64,000 bases of DNA. Source: a bacterium (GTDB lineage Bacteria; SZUA-182; DTGQ01; JAFGSM01). The notes under the pieces were generated by a model. That model worked only from the letters and a program-made list of their open reading frames with translations, ran no database searches and was not told the DNA's origin. The translations under genes and the position numbers were made by a program. The DNA lies in NCBI GenBank assembly GCA_049472335.1, contig JBLIRO010000002.1, positions 1 to 64,000 of the forward strand. Direction: 5' to 3'. This document shows positions 20,260 through 28,392 of the stretch, one piece after another (position 1 is the first letter of the stretch; every line of letters starts with the position of its first letter).

Positions 20260-20901
20260 TTATGCCAATTTTTCTTTCTTTAATTTATTACGATCTGTGG
20301 GTAAACACGAACGCCATTTATCCAGTTGAAATTCTGTCGAGTAAAGTAGTTTTTTATTAATCACTACAAAAACAATTAATAACCTTGCTAAGCTCTTTTC
20401 TTTTTCAGATAGATTGTTAAATTTTTCAGATAGATTGTTAAAAGATATATTAAATTTTTTTAATATTGAAGGAATTGTTGCTTTATCTTCATTTTTTAAT
20501 GTATGAAACCACAGGCATTTACAATTTGATGCAAGCATTTTTTCTAAGTCTTTTTGAATTGAGGTATCTTTTGGATTATGAGCCTTCAGTTCAATAATCC
20601 AGTCAAATTCTTTAGCTTCGTTTGATTTATATGTCACCAGATCAAATCTTGCACTAATTTTAGTTTTTCCAGAGAAGGAATGGGTGCTCATAGTAGGTAC
20701 TTCAACGGAAAAAAATTTTTTATTTATAAGAAAATGATTTGCAAATAGTATTTTTGATTCTTGCTCTGAGATTCTAAAATTGGCATTACTATTTGAACGA
20801 TATTTTGGAAACAAAAGTGTGTCGAATGAAACAATTTCACTATTACGAACATTATTAAGATTAACCAATTTTTTTGCAATGTCGCGACATGTATTTATCA
20901 T
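20260..20901 (-). CDS. Integron cassette: putative PD-(D/E)XK nuclease-fold protein
   Basis: SEQE...VEVPT...RFDLV...IIELKAH pattern; very AT-rich; stop codon overlaps an R''-like GCATAAC. Confidence 0.55.
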   Translation of the reverse strand: MINTCRDIAKKLVNLNNVRNSEIVSFDTLLFPKYRSNSNANFRISEQESKILFANHFLINKKFFSVEVPTMSTHSFSGKTKISARFDLVTYKSNEAKEFDWIIELKAHNPKDTSIQKDLEKMLASNCKCLWFHTLKNEDKATIPSILKKFNISFNNLSEKFNNLSEKEKSLARLLIVFVVINKKLLYSTEFQLDKWRSCLPTDRNKLKKEKLA

Positions 20902-20923
20902 AGTTCTATTATTCTTAAATAAC

Positions 20924-21031
20924 GAGACTGTCGAAAAACCCCCTTTTTTTCAAATTTCCAAAAATCCTAATCAATAAAATCAAGACATTACAGATCCTAA
21001 AATTCTAAATCTTGACTTTTTCGACAGTCTC
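20924..21031. mobile_element. 108-bp MITE (non-autonomous IS derivative)
   Basis: Perfect 15-bp terminal inverted repeats GAGACTGTCGAAAAA (20924-20938) / TTTTTCGACAGTCTC (21017-21031), flanked by AAC direct repeats (20921-23, 21032-34); no transposase. Confidence 0.88.
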
Positions 21032-21122
21032 AACGGGGAGCTGAGCCGTCTTGCGTCCAAATACCCTACACATCGCATTTCATAGTCAGGGTAGCAAGAT
21101 CGGCTCAAGGGCAAGTTAGCAC
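21032..21122 (-). other. attC of the toxin-antitoxin cassette (R' interrupted by the MITE)
   Basis: Minus: GTGCTAAC ttgcc CTTGAGCCGATCTTGC...GCAAGACGGCTCAGC tcccc GTT; R'' GTGCTAAC is the exact complement of the cassette start GTTAGCAC at 21755. Confidence 0.88.
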
Positions 21123-21123
21123 A

Positions 21124-21423
21124 TTATTTTATTTTTAGTAATTGAAGGCTTTTTATTATGTCTTTTTGGTCAATTAATTGGTCAGTAACAAATTTGTGAA
21201 TTATACTTGAAATAAGTGTTTGATAAGGAATGCCTTCTTTTTCAGCTTTTAATTTTAATTGATCTAAATCCTGACTATTCAATCTTAAGCTAATGTTTTT
21301 CTTCTCGTTGGCTTTTTGGATTATTCTTTCAATTTTTGCAATCTTAGATGATGAAACCTTTTTATACTTTAAAATATCTTTTTCAATTTCTTTTTCATAA
21401 TTGTCTAATTTTACTTCTTTCAT
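21124..21423 (-). CDS. Antitoxin, CopG/RHH (BrnA-like)
   Basis: ISLRLNSQDLDQLKLKAEKEGIPYQTLISSIIH; ATGA overlap with the upstream toxin. Confidence 0.85.
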   Translation of the reverse strand: MKEVKLDNYEKEIEKDILKYKKVSSSKIAKIERIIQKANEKKNISLRLNSQDLDQLKLKAEKEGIPYQTLISSIIHKFVTDQLIDQKDIIKSLQLLKIK

Positions 21424-21683
21424 GATTGGCCTCTATATTTTTTATTAAGTTTTCGGCTAGGATATGCTGTTTTTAAAAAAATATTTGAATTTTTATCTAT
21501 AATAAATGGTACAGCATGAATATAGTCATTTATTTCCACAACAAAAATATTTTGTTCCGGTCTTGCAGGATTCTCTAAAATATCAATATATTTTTTATTT
21601 AATATTATTTCTGATACTGTTTCGAATGAAATATTACGCTCAAGTTTTAATTTTATATTTTTTTCTTCATCCCAAATTATCAT
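21420..21683 (-). CDS. BrnT-like (RelE-fold) toxin
   Basis: WDEEKN..LKLERNISFE...VPF...FLKTAYPSRK; toxin-first order as in BrnT/BrnA. Confidence 0.82.
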   Translation of the reverse strand: MIIWDEEKNIKLKLERNISFETVSEIILNKKYIDILENPARPEQNIFVVEINDYIHAVPFIIDKNSNIFLKTAYPSRKLNKKYRGQS

Positions 21684-21690
21684 TAATTAT

Positions 21691-21720
21691 ATTGTATATA
21701 TATTACATATACATTGTCAA
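21691..21720 (-). promoter_or_regulatory. Cassette-borne sigma70 promoter with palindromic operator
   Basis: TTGACA-N18-TACAAT overlapping the inverted repeat TGTATAT-N7-ATATACA (21693-21713). Confidence 0.65.
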
Positions 21721-21747
21721 TATCTACAAAAGTGAATTCTATATTCC

Positions 21748-21834
21748 GTGCTAACGGCGAGCTGAGCCGAATTCTGCCTAACGTGGAGCTTGCTCCACTG
21801 TTAGGCTGATTCCGGCTCGAGCGATTTGTTAGGC
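21748..21834 (-). other. attC of the first (ORF-less) cassette
   Basis: Minus: GCCTAAC aaatc GCTCGAGCC (extra C) ...GGCTCAGC tcgcc GTTAGCA; canonical R''-5-L''...L'-5-R' geometry, oriented like the cassette genes. Confidence 0.9.
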
Positions 21835-21908
21835 AGAGCGTAAGCGACAACTGACAAGTCGCTTGAGCGAAGCTCAGCTCGCCGTTAAGCGAGACCGCTT
21901 GCGGTCTC

Positions 21909-21930
21909 GCTTAACAGTTATTTTTATCCT
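21909..21930 (-). other. Candidate attI site
   Basis: Minus: AGGATAAAAATAACT-GTTAAGC, a GTTRRRY core with an A-rich upstream box, between Pc and the first cassette. Confidence 0.55.
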
Positions 21931-21948
21931 TATTATGTTGATTCAAAA

Positions 21949-21977
21949 ATTCTAATTATATAGAATTTTTTTGTCAA
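21949..21977 (-). promoter_or_regulatory. Candidate cassette promoter Pc
   Basis: TTGACA-N17-TAGAAT pointing into the array just upstream of attI. Confidence 0.7.
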
Positions 21978-21998
21978 GGTTTTCAATAAAAAAACTTC

Positions 21999-22027
21999 TT
22001 GAATTACTATCATTTATTCAATATAAT
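21999..22027 (+). promoter_or_regulatory. Candidate intI promoter
   Basis: TTGAAT-N17-TATAAT, 50 bp before the ATG at 22077. Confidence 0.6.
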
Positions 22028-22076
22028 TGCTAAATTTTAGATATTACAAAGAATCCATTTATTTTAAATATTTATT

Positions 22077-22907
22077 ATGTTTTCAAAATTCAAGAATTAT
22101 TTACTTTAGAAGGGTAATGTTAAATCTAAATATGCTTCCTATTACCTTAAGTGGGTTTCGGATTGCTATTCCTTTCTCAATATGCCCACATCTGTTCTAA
22201 TCACAAATGACCAGAAGGATGAATTTTTAAGACACATGGCCAGGGACCATGAAGACTGGCAGGTGAAACAGGCTGACACCTCATTGCGATTTTATAGTTA
22301 CTACCTTTCGCAACAGATGAAAGATTCGAATCCGGAAAGAGTTAAGACACGGGATCTGTGGAGAGAATCCGAGGATAAAATGAGAACGGCTCTCAGGCTC
22401 CGTCATAGGGCATACAATACTGAAAAGACATATATTAAATGGTTGCGCAGTTTCATGTATTTTGTGGCTAGCAAAGATTTAGATTGTCTGGAGGGTAGGG
22501 ATTTACAAGTTTTTTGAGCCATATTGCCGTAGAGAAGAGGGTTTCATCTTCTACTCAGAGTCAGGCCCTAAATGCCATTGTATTTTTTTTCAGGCATGTG
22601 CTGGAAAAGGATATCGAAAATGAGATCAGTGCAGTTCGTTCATATAAGAAGAGATCCCTTCCCGTTGTGCTTACTGTTAAGGAAGTTAATGAAGGCATTC
22701 AAAACAGCGGTTACAAAAGCGGGTATTACTAAACAGGCAACTGTTTATACCTTGAGACATAGTTTCGCTACGCATCTTCTGGAAAACGGTTATGATATAA
22801 GGATAATTCAGGAGCTTTTAGGCCATGCAAATCTTCAGACCACAATGATATATACTCATGTGGCATCCAAAAATATTTTAGGCGTTCGCAGCCCACTTGA
22901 TTTATAG
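22077..22907 (+). pseudogene. intI: Integron integrase pseudogene (long N-terminal form)
   Basis: ATG 22077 with in-frame TAG at 22107; SAM-like segments LRLRHRAYNTEKTYIKW and [23 protein letters not shown] split by a frameshift near 22510; central deletion plus frameshift near 22690; C-terminus [25 protein letters not shown]...TTMIYTHV. Confidence 0.9.
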
Positions 22908-22983
22908 TACTTAAAAGTGCTTAAATTGATTTAAAAATGACCGGAAAAAATAATTTGATTAGAAGGAGAAAGGGGTAAAAATA

Positions 22984-23475
22984 ATGGGAGAGCGTTTTTC
23001 AGCAAGTGAGATAGTCCAGATAGGTATTCAGATCGAGAAAAACGGGAAGGATTTTTATGATGCCGTTAGAGAATCTTCCCAGAGGGATAAGGTCAAGGAA
23101 GTCTTTCAATTTCTTGCTAAAGAGGAAGAGAAACACATAAGGATTTTTTCGGATATACTTTCCGGGTTTGAAAAATATAAGCCATCAGAGGTCTATACGG
23201 ATGAATATTTTTCTTATCTGAAGGCATTGTCAGATACATATATTTTCACCAGAGAAAACAAAGGCAGGGAAATCGCCCGGAATATAAAGGATGACATAAA
23301 GGCTATAGATTTAGGAATCGGTTTTGAGAAGGAATCCATTCTGCTTTATCTCGAGATGAAGAATCTGGTTTGGGAAGAAGGCAAGGCGATAATTGATAGA
23401 CTTATAGATGAAGAGCGAAGCCATTTAAGGAAGCTGATGGAAATCAAAAAGGGTTTTGAGATGTGGGACGATTAA
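22984..23475 (+). CDS. Ferritin-like/rubrerythrin family protein
   Basis: E..G.FY, LAKEEEKH, EKESILLY, EERSH di-iron ExxH motifs. Confidence 0.85.
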   Translation: MGERFSASEIVQIGIQIEKNGKDFYDAVRESSQRDKVKEVFQFLAKEEEKHIRIFSDILSGFEKYKPSEVYTDEYFSYLKALSDTYIFTRENKGREIARNIKDDIKAIDLGIGFEKESILLYLEMKNLVWEEGKAIIDRLIDEERSHLRKLMEIKKGFEMWDD

Positions 23476-23487
23476 TAATCCTTTATA

Positions 23488-24861
23488 TCAGAGCATGGGT
23501 AAATATTTTTCCTGTTCATAATGACTAACGTGGGTATGATACATATCCCATTCTATCTTTTTATTATCTATAAATTTTTGGAAAATATGCCCTCCAAGGG
23601 CCTCCTTAACCAGATCGCTTTTTTCCGTCTCCTCGATCGCCTCTGCAAGGCTGCCGGGTAAACATTGAATGCCCCTTTTCTTTCTCATTTCATAAGGCAT
23701 GGCAAAGATGTCTTCCTCAACCGGATCAGGAAGCTCATAATGTTCTTGAATCCCCTTTAAACCCGCGGCAAGCATAACAGAAAACGCGAGATAGGGATTA
23801 CATGCCGGATCCGGACAGCGGAACTCGGCCCTGGTCGCCTTTTCCACACCAGGCCTGTAGAATGGTACACGAACCAGAGCGGATCTGTTCCTCTGGCCCC
23901 ATGAGATATAAACAGGAGCTTCATATCCCGGAACGAGCCTCTTATAAGAGTTTACCCACTGGGCGACAACAGAGCATATTTCTCTTGCATGTGTAAGAAG
24001 ACCTGCGATGTAAGATTTGCCGATAGTGGATAGATGATATTTGTCATCAGAATCGAAGAAGGCGTTTTTGTCTTCTTTGAAAAGTGACTGATGTGTATGC
24101 ATTCCGCTGCCGTTTTGGCCATATATGGGCTTTGGCATGAATGTGGCGTATACACCCTGGGTCATTGCCACTTCCTTTACAACAAGACGATATGTCATAG
24201 CTGTATCCGCCATGGAAAGGGCTTCATTGTAACGGAGGTCTATCTCATGCTGGCTGGGTGCAACCTCATGATGGCTGTACTCTACCTTGATTCCCATTTT
24301 CTCCAGCAACAGGATGGTTTTTCGGCGAAGATCACTGGCCACATCATGTGGTGTGAGATCGAAATAGCCGCCTGAATCAAGAGGTACAGGCTTGCCTCGG
24401 GCGCTTTCGAAATAAAAATATTCCAATTCGGGACCAATATAGTATGTGTAGCCGAGGTCCGCTGCTTTTTTAAGATTCCTTTTCAGCGCCCAGCGCGAAT
24501 CTCCCTCATAGGGAGTCCCATCGGTTTTTAAAATGTCGCAAAACATACGGGCCACCGCGGCTTCCTCATCTGTCCTCCATGGCACGATGGTAAATGTCTT
24601 TGGATCAGGCATAGCGAGCATATCGCTTTCCTCTATTCGGGCGAATCCCTCTATAGATGAGCCGTCGAATCCCATGCCATGTTCAAAGGCCCCTTCCAGT
24701 TCATCCACTGTAATGGAGAAGCTTTTCAAAAAACCCAGGACATCGGTAAACCATAAGCGAATGAACCTGATATTCTTGTCATGTACTGTCTTCAGTACAT
24801 ATTCCTTATCTATATCAATGATAGTTAACGGTTTTTCCATGATATACCCTTCCTTTTCCAT
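23488..24861 (-). CDS. glnA: Glutamine synthetase type I (alpha)
   Basis: FDGSSIEGF, HHEVAPSQHEI, ATFMPKP..GSGMHTHQS, NSYKRLVPGYEAP, EFRCPDP..NPYL. Confidence 0.95.
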   Translation of the reverse strand: MEKEGYIMEKPLTIIDIDKEYVLKTVHDKNIRFIRLWFTDVLGFLKSFSITVDELEGAFEHGMGFDGSSIEGFARIEESDMLAMPDPKTFTIVPWRTDEEAAVARMFCDILKTDGTPYEGDSRWALKRNLKKAADLGYTYYIGPELEYFYFESARGKPVPLDSGGYFDLTPHDVASDLRRKTILLLEKMGIKVEYSHHEVAPSQHEIDLRYNEALSMADTAMTYRLVVKEVAMTQGVYATFMPKPIYGQNGSGMHTHQSLFKEDKNAFFDSDDKYHLSTIGKSYIAGLLTHAREICSVVAQWVNSYKRLVPGYEAPVYISWGQRNRSALVRVPFYRPGVEKATRAEFRCPDPACNPYLAFSVMLAAGLKGIQEHYELPDPVEEDIFAMPYEMRKKRGIQCLPGSLAEAIEETEKSDLVKEALGGHIFQKFIDNKKIEWDMYHTHVSHYEQEKYLPML

Positions 24862-25005
24862 CCTAAAAGTTTTTTGTTTATGTTTTTTGTGAAAAGATAC
24901 AACAAATAAAAAGAAAAAACAAATTTTAGGGCAATTAAAGCGAATTTTTTAATTTAGGCACTGTCTTTTTGACTTCTTTCCTTCATTATGTTATAAAAAT
25001 CAACC

Positions 25006-27084
25006 ATGTCCAGGAATGAAAAGATATTGGTAACCAGCGCGCTTCCCTATGCCAACGGACCGATCCATTTAGGGCACATGGTTGAGTATATACTTACGGA
25101 TATATACTGCCGCTATCTGAGGTTGACAGGACAGGATTGTATCTATTGTTGCGCGGATGACACACATGGGGCACCCATAGAGATAAACGCTCAAAAGCAG
25201 GGGATCAGTCCTGAGGAGCTTATAGCAACTTACTACAAGGAACACACGCAAGACTTCAGGGAATTTCAGATTTCGTTCGACTCATACTACACGACAAACG
25301 CTCCTGAAAACAAGGAATTCAGCGACCTCATCTTTGGCCGTTTAAAGGAAAAAGGGGACATATATCAGAAGGTTATAGATCTGACTTTTTGTAATAATTG
25401 TCAAAGGTTTCTCCCTGATCGTTATGTAAAGGGGGTATGTCCGAGATGCGGGGCAAAGGACCAGTATGGAGACAACTGTGAGGTGTGTAATGCGACTTAT
25501 GCCACTGTAGACCTCATTGAGCCCTACTGCGCCATATGCAAGTCCTCTCCGGTCCGTAAAAAGTCCAAACACTATTTTTTCCGTCTAAGCCTCTATGCTG
25601 ATAAGCTGAGGGACTGGATTGTCAATAATCCGAAAATCCAGTCCGAAATCAGCAATTATATCCTTAACTGGATCGATTCCGGCCTCAAGGACTGGGATAT
25701 CTCCAGAGACGCTCCCTATTTCGGCTTCAATATAATGGGGGAGAAGGATAAGTATTATTATGTCTGGCTTGACGCCCCTATCGGCTATATGGCCAGCACC
25801 CAGAACTATTGCAAAGGAAAAGGGGTTTCCTTTGAAGATTATTGGATAAAGCCCACCGGAAAGATCCGGCATTTTATCGGCAAGGACATCATATACTTCC
25901 ATTTCCTGTTCTGGCCTGCCATGCTTATGGGAAGCGGTTTTAACCTCCCGGAGAATATATTCGTGCACGGTTTTTTGACGGTAAACGGTGAAAAGATGAG
26001 TAAATCGAGGGGCACATTCATCACAGCCAGGCAATACCTCCACAAATATCCGGTGAGTTTGCTCAGATTTTATTATGCCCTGAATCTAACCACCTCAATA
26101 TCCGATATCGATCTGGACAGTCAGGACTTTAAAGAGAAAATAAACAGTGAGCTTTTAGGCAATATTGCCAATCTGAGCTATCGAAGCATGACATTTCTCT
26201 CCAAGCACTTCGACGGGCATCTGACCTCTGCCGCCTCTTCGGATATTCTTAAACAGGTGGAGGAAAGAGTCCGTTCCATTGAGAAGGATTTTGAGTCCTG
26301 CCATTTGAGGAATGTGGTAAAAAATATACTGGAGATAGGTGATTTGGGAAACAGGTATTTTCAGAATGCTGAGCCATGGAAAAGGATAAAGACGGAAAGA
26401 GACCTTGCCTGGAGAGATCTATCCCTGGTAATACAGATCGTGAGGGACCTCGCCATTTGTCTCAAACCGGTAATTCCGGACCTTTGTGCGGACCTTGAAA
26501 AACAGCTTGGCCTTGAGGACCTTCGATGGAGTGATTTAGGGCGATCTTTGGAGGGACATATCATAGGGCAACCCAGGCAGCTTCTCACAAGGATTGAGAC
26601 ACTTGATCTGACTACAACAAATCCTTTTACATTTCTCGACCTGCGCCTGGGGAGAGTGTTGGAAGCCGAATCCCATCCGGATGCAGACCGTCTCATGGTA
26701 CTAAAGGTAGACATTGGTGATGAAAAGCGGCAGATCGTAGCGGGCATCAAGGGACATTATTCACCGGAAGATCTGATCGGAAGGAATATAATCATTTTAA
26801 GGAATCTCAAACCTGCCAGGCTGAAGGGTATTGAAAGCCAGGGCATGCTTCTGGCAGCGGATGACGGTAAGAACATTGGAATATTGAGCGCGGAGGGAGA
26901 ACCTGGCCAGAAGATAAATTTGCCTGATGTGGAAGGCGAACCAAGGCCCTCTCTGACTATCAAAGATCTCCAGGGGATTGATCTTCACAGCGAGAATGGC
27001 AAGGCCTTCTCGCAGAATTCCCCCCTTTTTTGTAATAACAGGCAGGTATTGGTGGATAAGGGAATCACGGGAAAAATTAAGTGA
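25006..27084 (+). CDS. metG: Methionyl-tRNA synthetase with C-terminal tRNA-binding domain
   Basis: TSALPYANGPIHLGH, Zn knuckles, YVWLDAPIGY, KMSKS, OB-fold ESQGMLLA. Confidence 0.97.
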   Translation: MSRNEKILVTSALPYANGPIHLGHMVEYILTDIYCRYLRLTGQDCIYCCADDTHGAPIEINAQKQGISPEELIATYYKEHTQDFREFQISFDSYYTTNAPENKEFSDLIFGRLKEKGDIYQKVIDLTFCNNCQRFLPDRYVKGVCPRCGAKDQYGDNCEVCNATYATVDLIEPYCAICKSSPVRKKSKHYFFRLSLYADKLRDWIVNNPKIQSEISNYILNWIDSGLKDWDISRDAPYFGFNIMGEKDKYYYVWLDAPIGYMASTQNYCKGKGVSFEDYWIKPTGKIRHFIGKDIIYFHFLFWPAMLMGSGFNLPENIFVHGFLTVNGEKMSKSRGTFITARQYLHKYPVSLLRFYYALNLTTSISDIDLDSQDFKEKINSELLGNIANLSYRSMTFLSKHFDGHLTSAASSDILKQVEERVRSIEKDFESCHLRNVVKNILEIGDLGNRYFQNAEPWKRIKTERDLAWRDLSLVIQIVRDLAICLKPVIPDLCADLEKQLGLEDLRWSDLGRSLEGHIIGQPRQLLTRIETLDLTTTNPFTFLDLRLGRVLEAESHPDADRLMVLKVDIGDEKRQIVAGIKGHYSPEDLIGRNIIILRNLKPARLKGIESQGMLLAADDGKNIGILSAEGEPGQKINLPDVEGEPRPSLTIKDLQGIDLHSENGKAFSQNSPLFCNNRQVLVDKGITGKIK

Positions 27085-27092
27085 TATAACGT

Positions 27093-27698
27093 TCAATCCT
27101 TTGATTTTGATCTGCCCAGTCTTTTTTCCTCTCCCCGGCACAATCTTTCGATATTCTTTTTATGGCGGATTATAAGGAGAAGGCAGGCGAAGACAGCGGC
27201 GATAAAGAGAGAACGGGGGTAGTCCATAAAATAAATAGTCACAGGCAGAATTAAACCGGCACCTATCGAGGCCAGGCTGACAATCCTTATAAGGGCTACA
27301 GCAACTATCCAGAAGATAAGGCTTATTAGGATGGCCCTCGGACTAAAAAAAAGAAACACCCCGAGACTTGTGGCAACACCCTTTCCCCCCTTAAATTTCA
27401 AATACGGTGAAAAATCATGCCCGATAATGGTTGCAAGCCCCAAAAATATCAACAGCAATTGATGAGGGATTATTGAATTAAGAATGATCAGCGGCAGATA
27501 TCCTTTGAGAAGATCGCATATGAGGGTCAACAATCCGGGCATGGCGCCAAGGACCCTGAATGCATTTGTAGCCCCGATATTTTGGCTGCCGCTTTTTCTC
27601 AGGTCAGCTCCGCCGAACAACCTTCCGATAATAAGTCCGGATGGAATGCCACCTATCAAAAAGCCTGCGACAGAGAGAAGAATAAACAGGGCTAGCAT
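27093..27698 (-). CDS. plsY: Glycerol-3-phosphate acyltransferase PlsY
   Basis: GSQNIGATNAFR, GHDFS, FKGGKGVAT, RHKKNIERL. Confidence 0.95.
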   Translation of the reverse strand: MLALFILLSVAGFLIGGIPSGLIIGRLFGGADLRKSGSQNIGATNAFRVLGAMPGLLTLICDLLKGYLPLIILNSIIPHQLLLIFLGLATIIGHDFSPYLKFKGGKGVATSLGVFLFFSPRAILISLIFWIVAVALIRIVSLASIGAGLILPVTIYFMDYPRSLFIAAVFACLLLIIRHKKNIERLCRGEEKRLGRSKSKD

Positions 27699-28321
27699 TC
27701 CAGGTTGATCCTTTTTTTAAACCGAATCAGGTGATCCGTGCCTGAGATGAGGGCCATAATCATTGCAAGCCATGCGGAGATTAGGCCAAGAGAGACCATG
27801 CCCAGGTATGGAAAGGTGAATTTGTATGGGAGATTAAGTATCAGAATTATAACAGCAGCGGTTTCGAAACCCACCTTATATTTTCCCAAACGGCTGGCGG
27901 GGATTATAATTTCTTGAGTCGCGGCAATGGACCGCATACCTGTAACCATTATCTCACGTCCAACAATGATCACAACAATCCAGGCGGGTATTCGTTGTAT
28001 CTCTACCAGGGAGATAAAGGCCGCTGAAATAAGTAGTTTGTCGGCAACAGGGTCAAGGAATTTCCCCAGGGTTGTCACCTGCTGTGAATTACGAGCAATA
28101 TATCCGTCCAGCCAGTCAGTAACGGCTGCCACCAAAAAAACAATCAGGGCTATAAGGTCATTCAGGGCTATGATCTCATTCCATGCGGTTAGGCTTTTGC
28201 CACCCAGAAGACCCAGGAGAGAAACCAACCAACCGGCTAAAGTTTTGCCCCCCAGGAGAAAAACCACCAACAGGGGAACAAGAAAGATCCTGATTAATGA
28301 AAGCTTGTTTGGAAGATTCAC
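27692..28321 (-). CDS. pgsA: CDP-diacylglycerol--glycerol-3-phosphate 3-phosphatidyltransferase
   Basis: NLPNKLS..R, TDWLDGYIAR...GKFLDPVADK, REIMVTGMR. Confidence 0.93.
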   Translation of the reverse strand: MNLPNKLSLIRIFLVPLLVVFLLGGKTLAGWLVSLLGLLGGKSLTAWNEIIALNDLIALIVFLVAAVTDWLDGYIARNSQQVTTLGKFLDPVADKLLISAAFISLVEIQRIPAWIVVIIVGREIMVTGMRSIAATQEIIIPASRLGKYKVGFETAAVIILILNLPYKFTFPYLGMVSLGLISAWLAMIMALISGTDHLIRFKKRINLEC

Positions 28322-28336
28322 CGCTTTTAATTATCA

Positions 28337-28366
28337 GCCGGGACCTTTTTCATAAAAGGTCCCGGC
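28337..28366. terminator. 13-bp perfect hairpin between the transglycosylase gene and pgsA
   Basis: gccgggacctttt-tcat-aaaaggtcccggc; no clear U-tract on the minus strand. Confidence 0.5.
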
Positions 28367-28392
28367 GCCAATTTCAAAATAAATAACTGAAA

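Larger units (their letters stand above)
17500..22907. mobile_element. Chromosomal integron (defective intI on +, cassette array on -)
   Basis: IntI remnants divergent from an AT-rich array of minus-strand genes separated by attC-like imperfect palindromes with RYYYAAC...GTTRRRY ends. Confidence 0.88.

Noticed and set aside
17500..21920. CRISPR array
   Set aside because: The palindromes differ in sequence, are separated by whole genes and have attC geometry; no cas genes.
22500..22700. Programmed frameshifting producing an active IntI
   Set aside because: An early stop codon and loss of the central catalytic region make a functional product impossible regardless of frameshifting.
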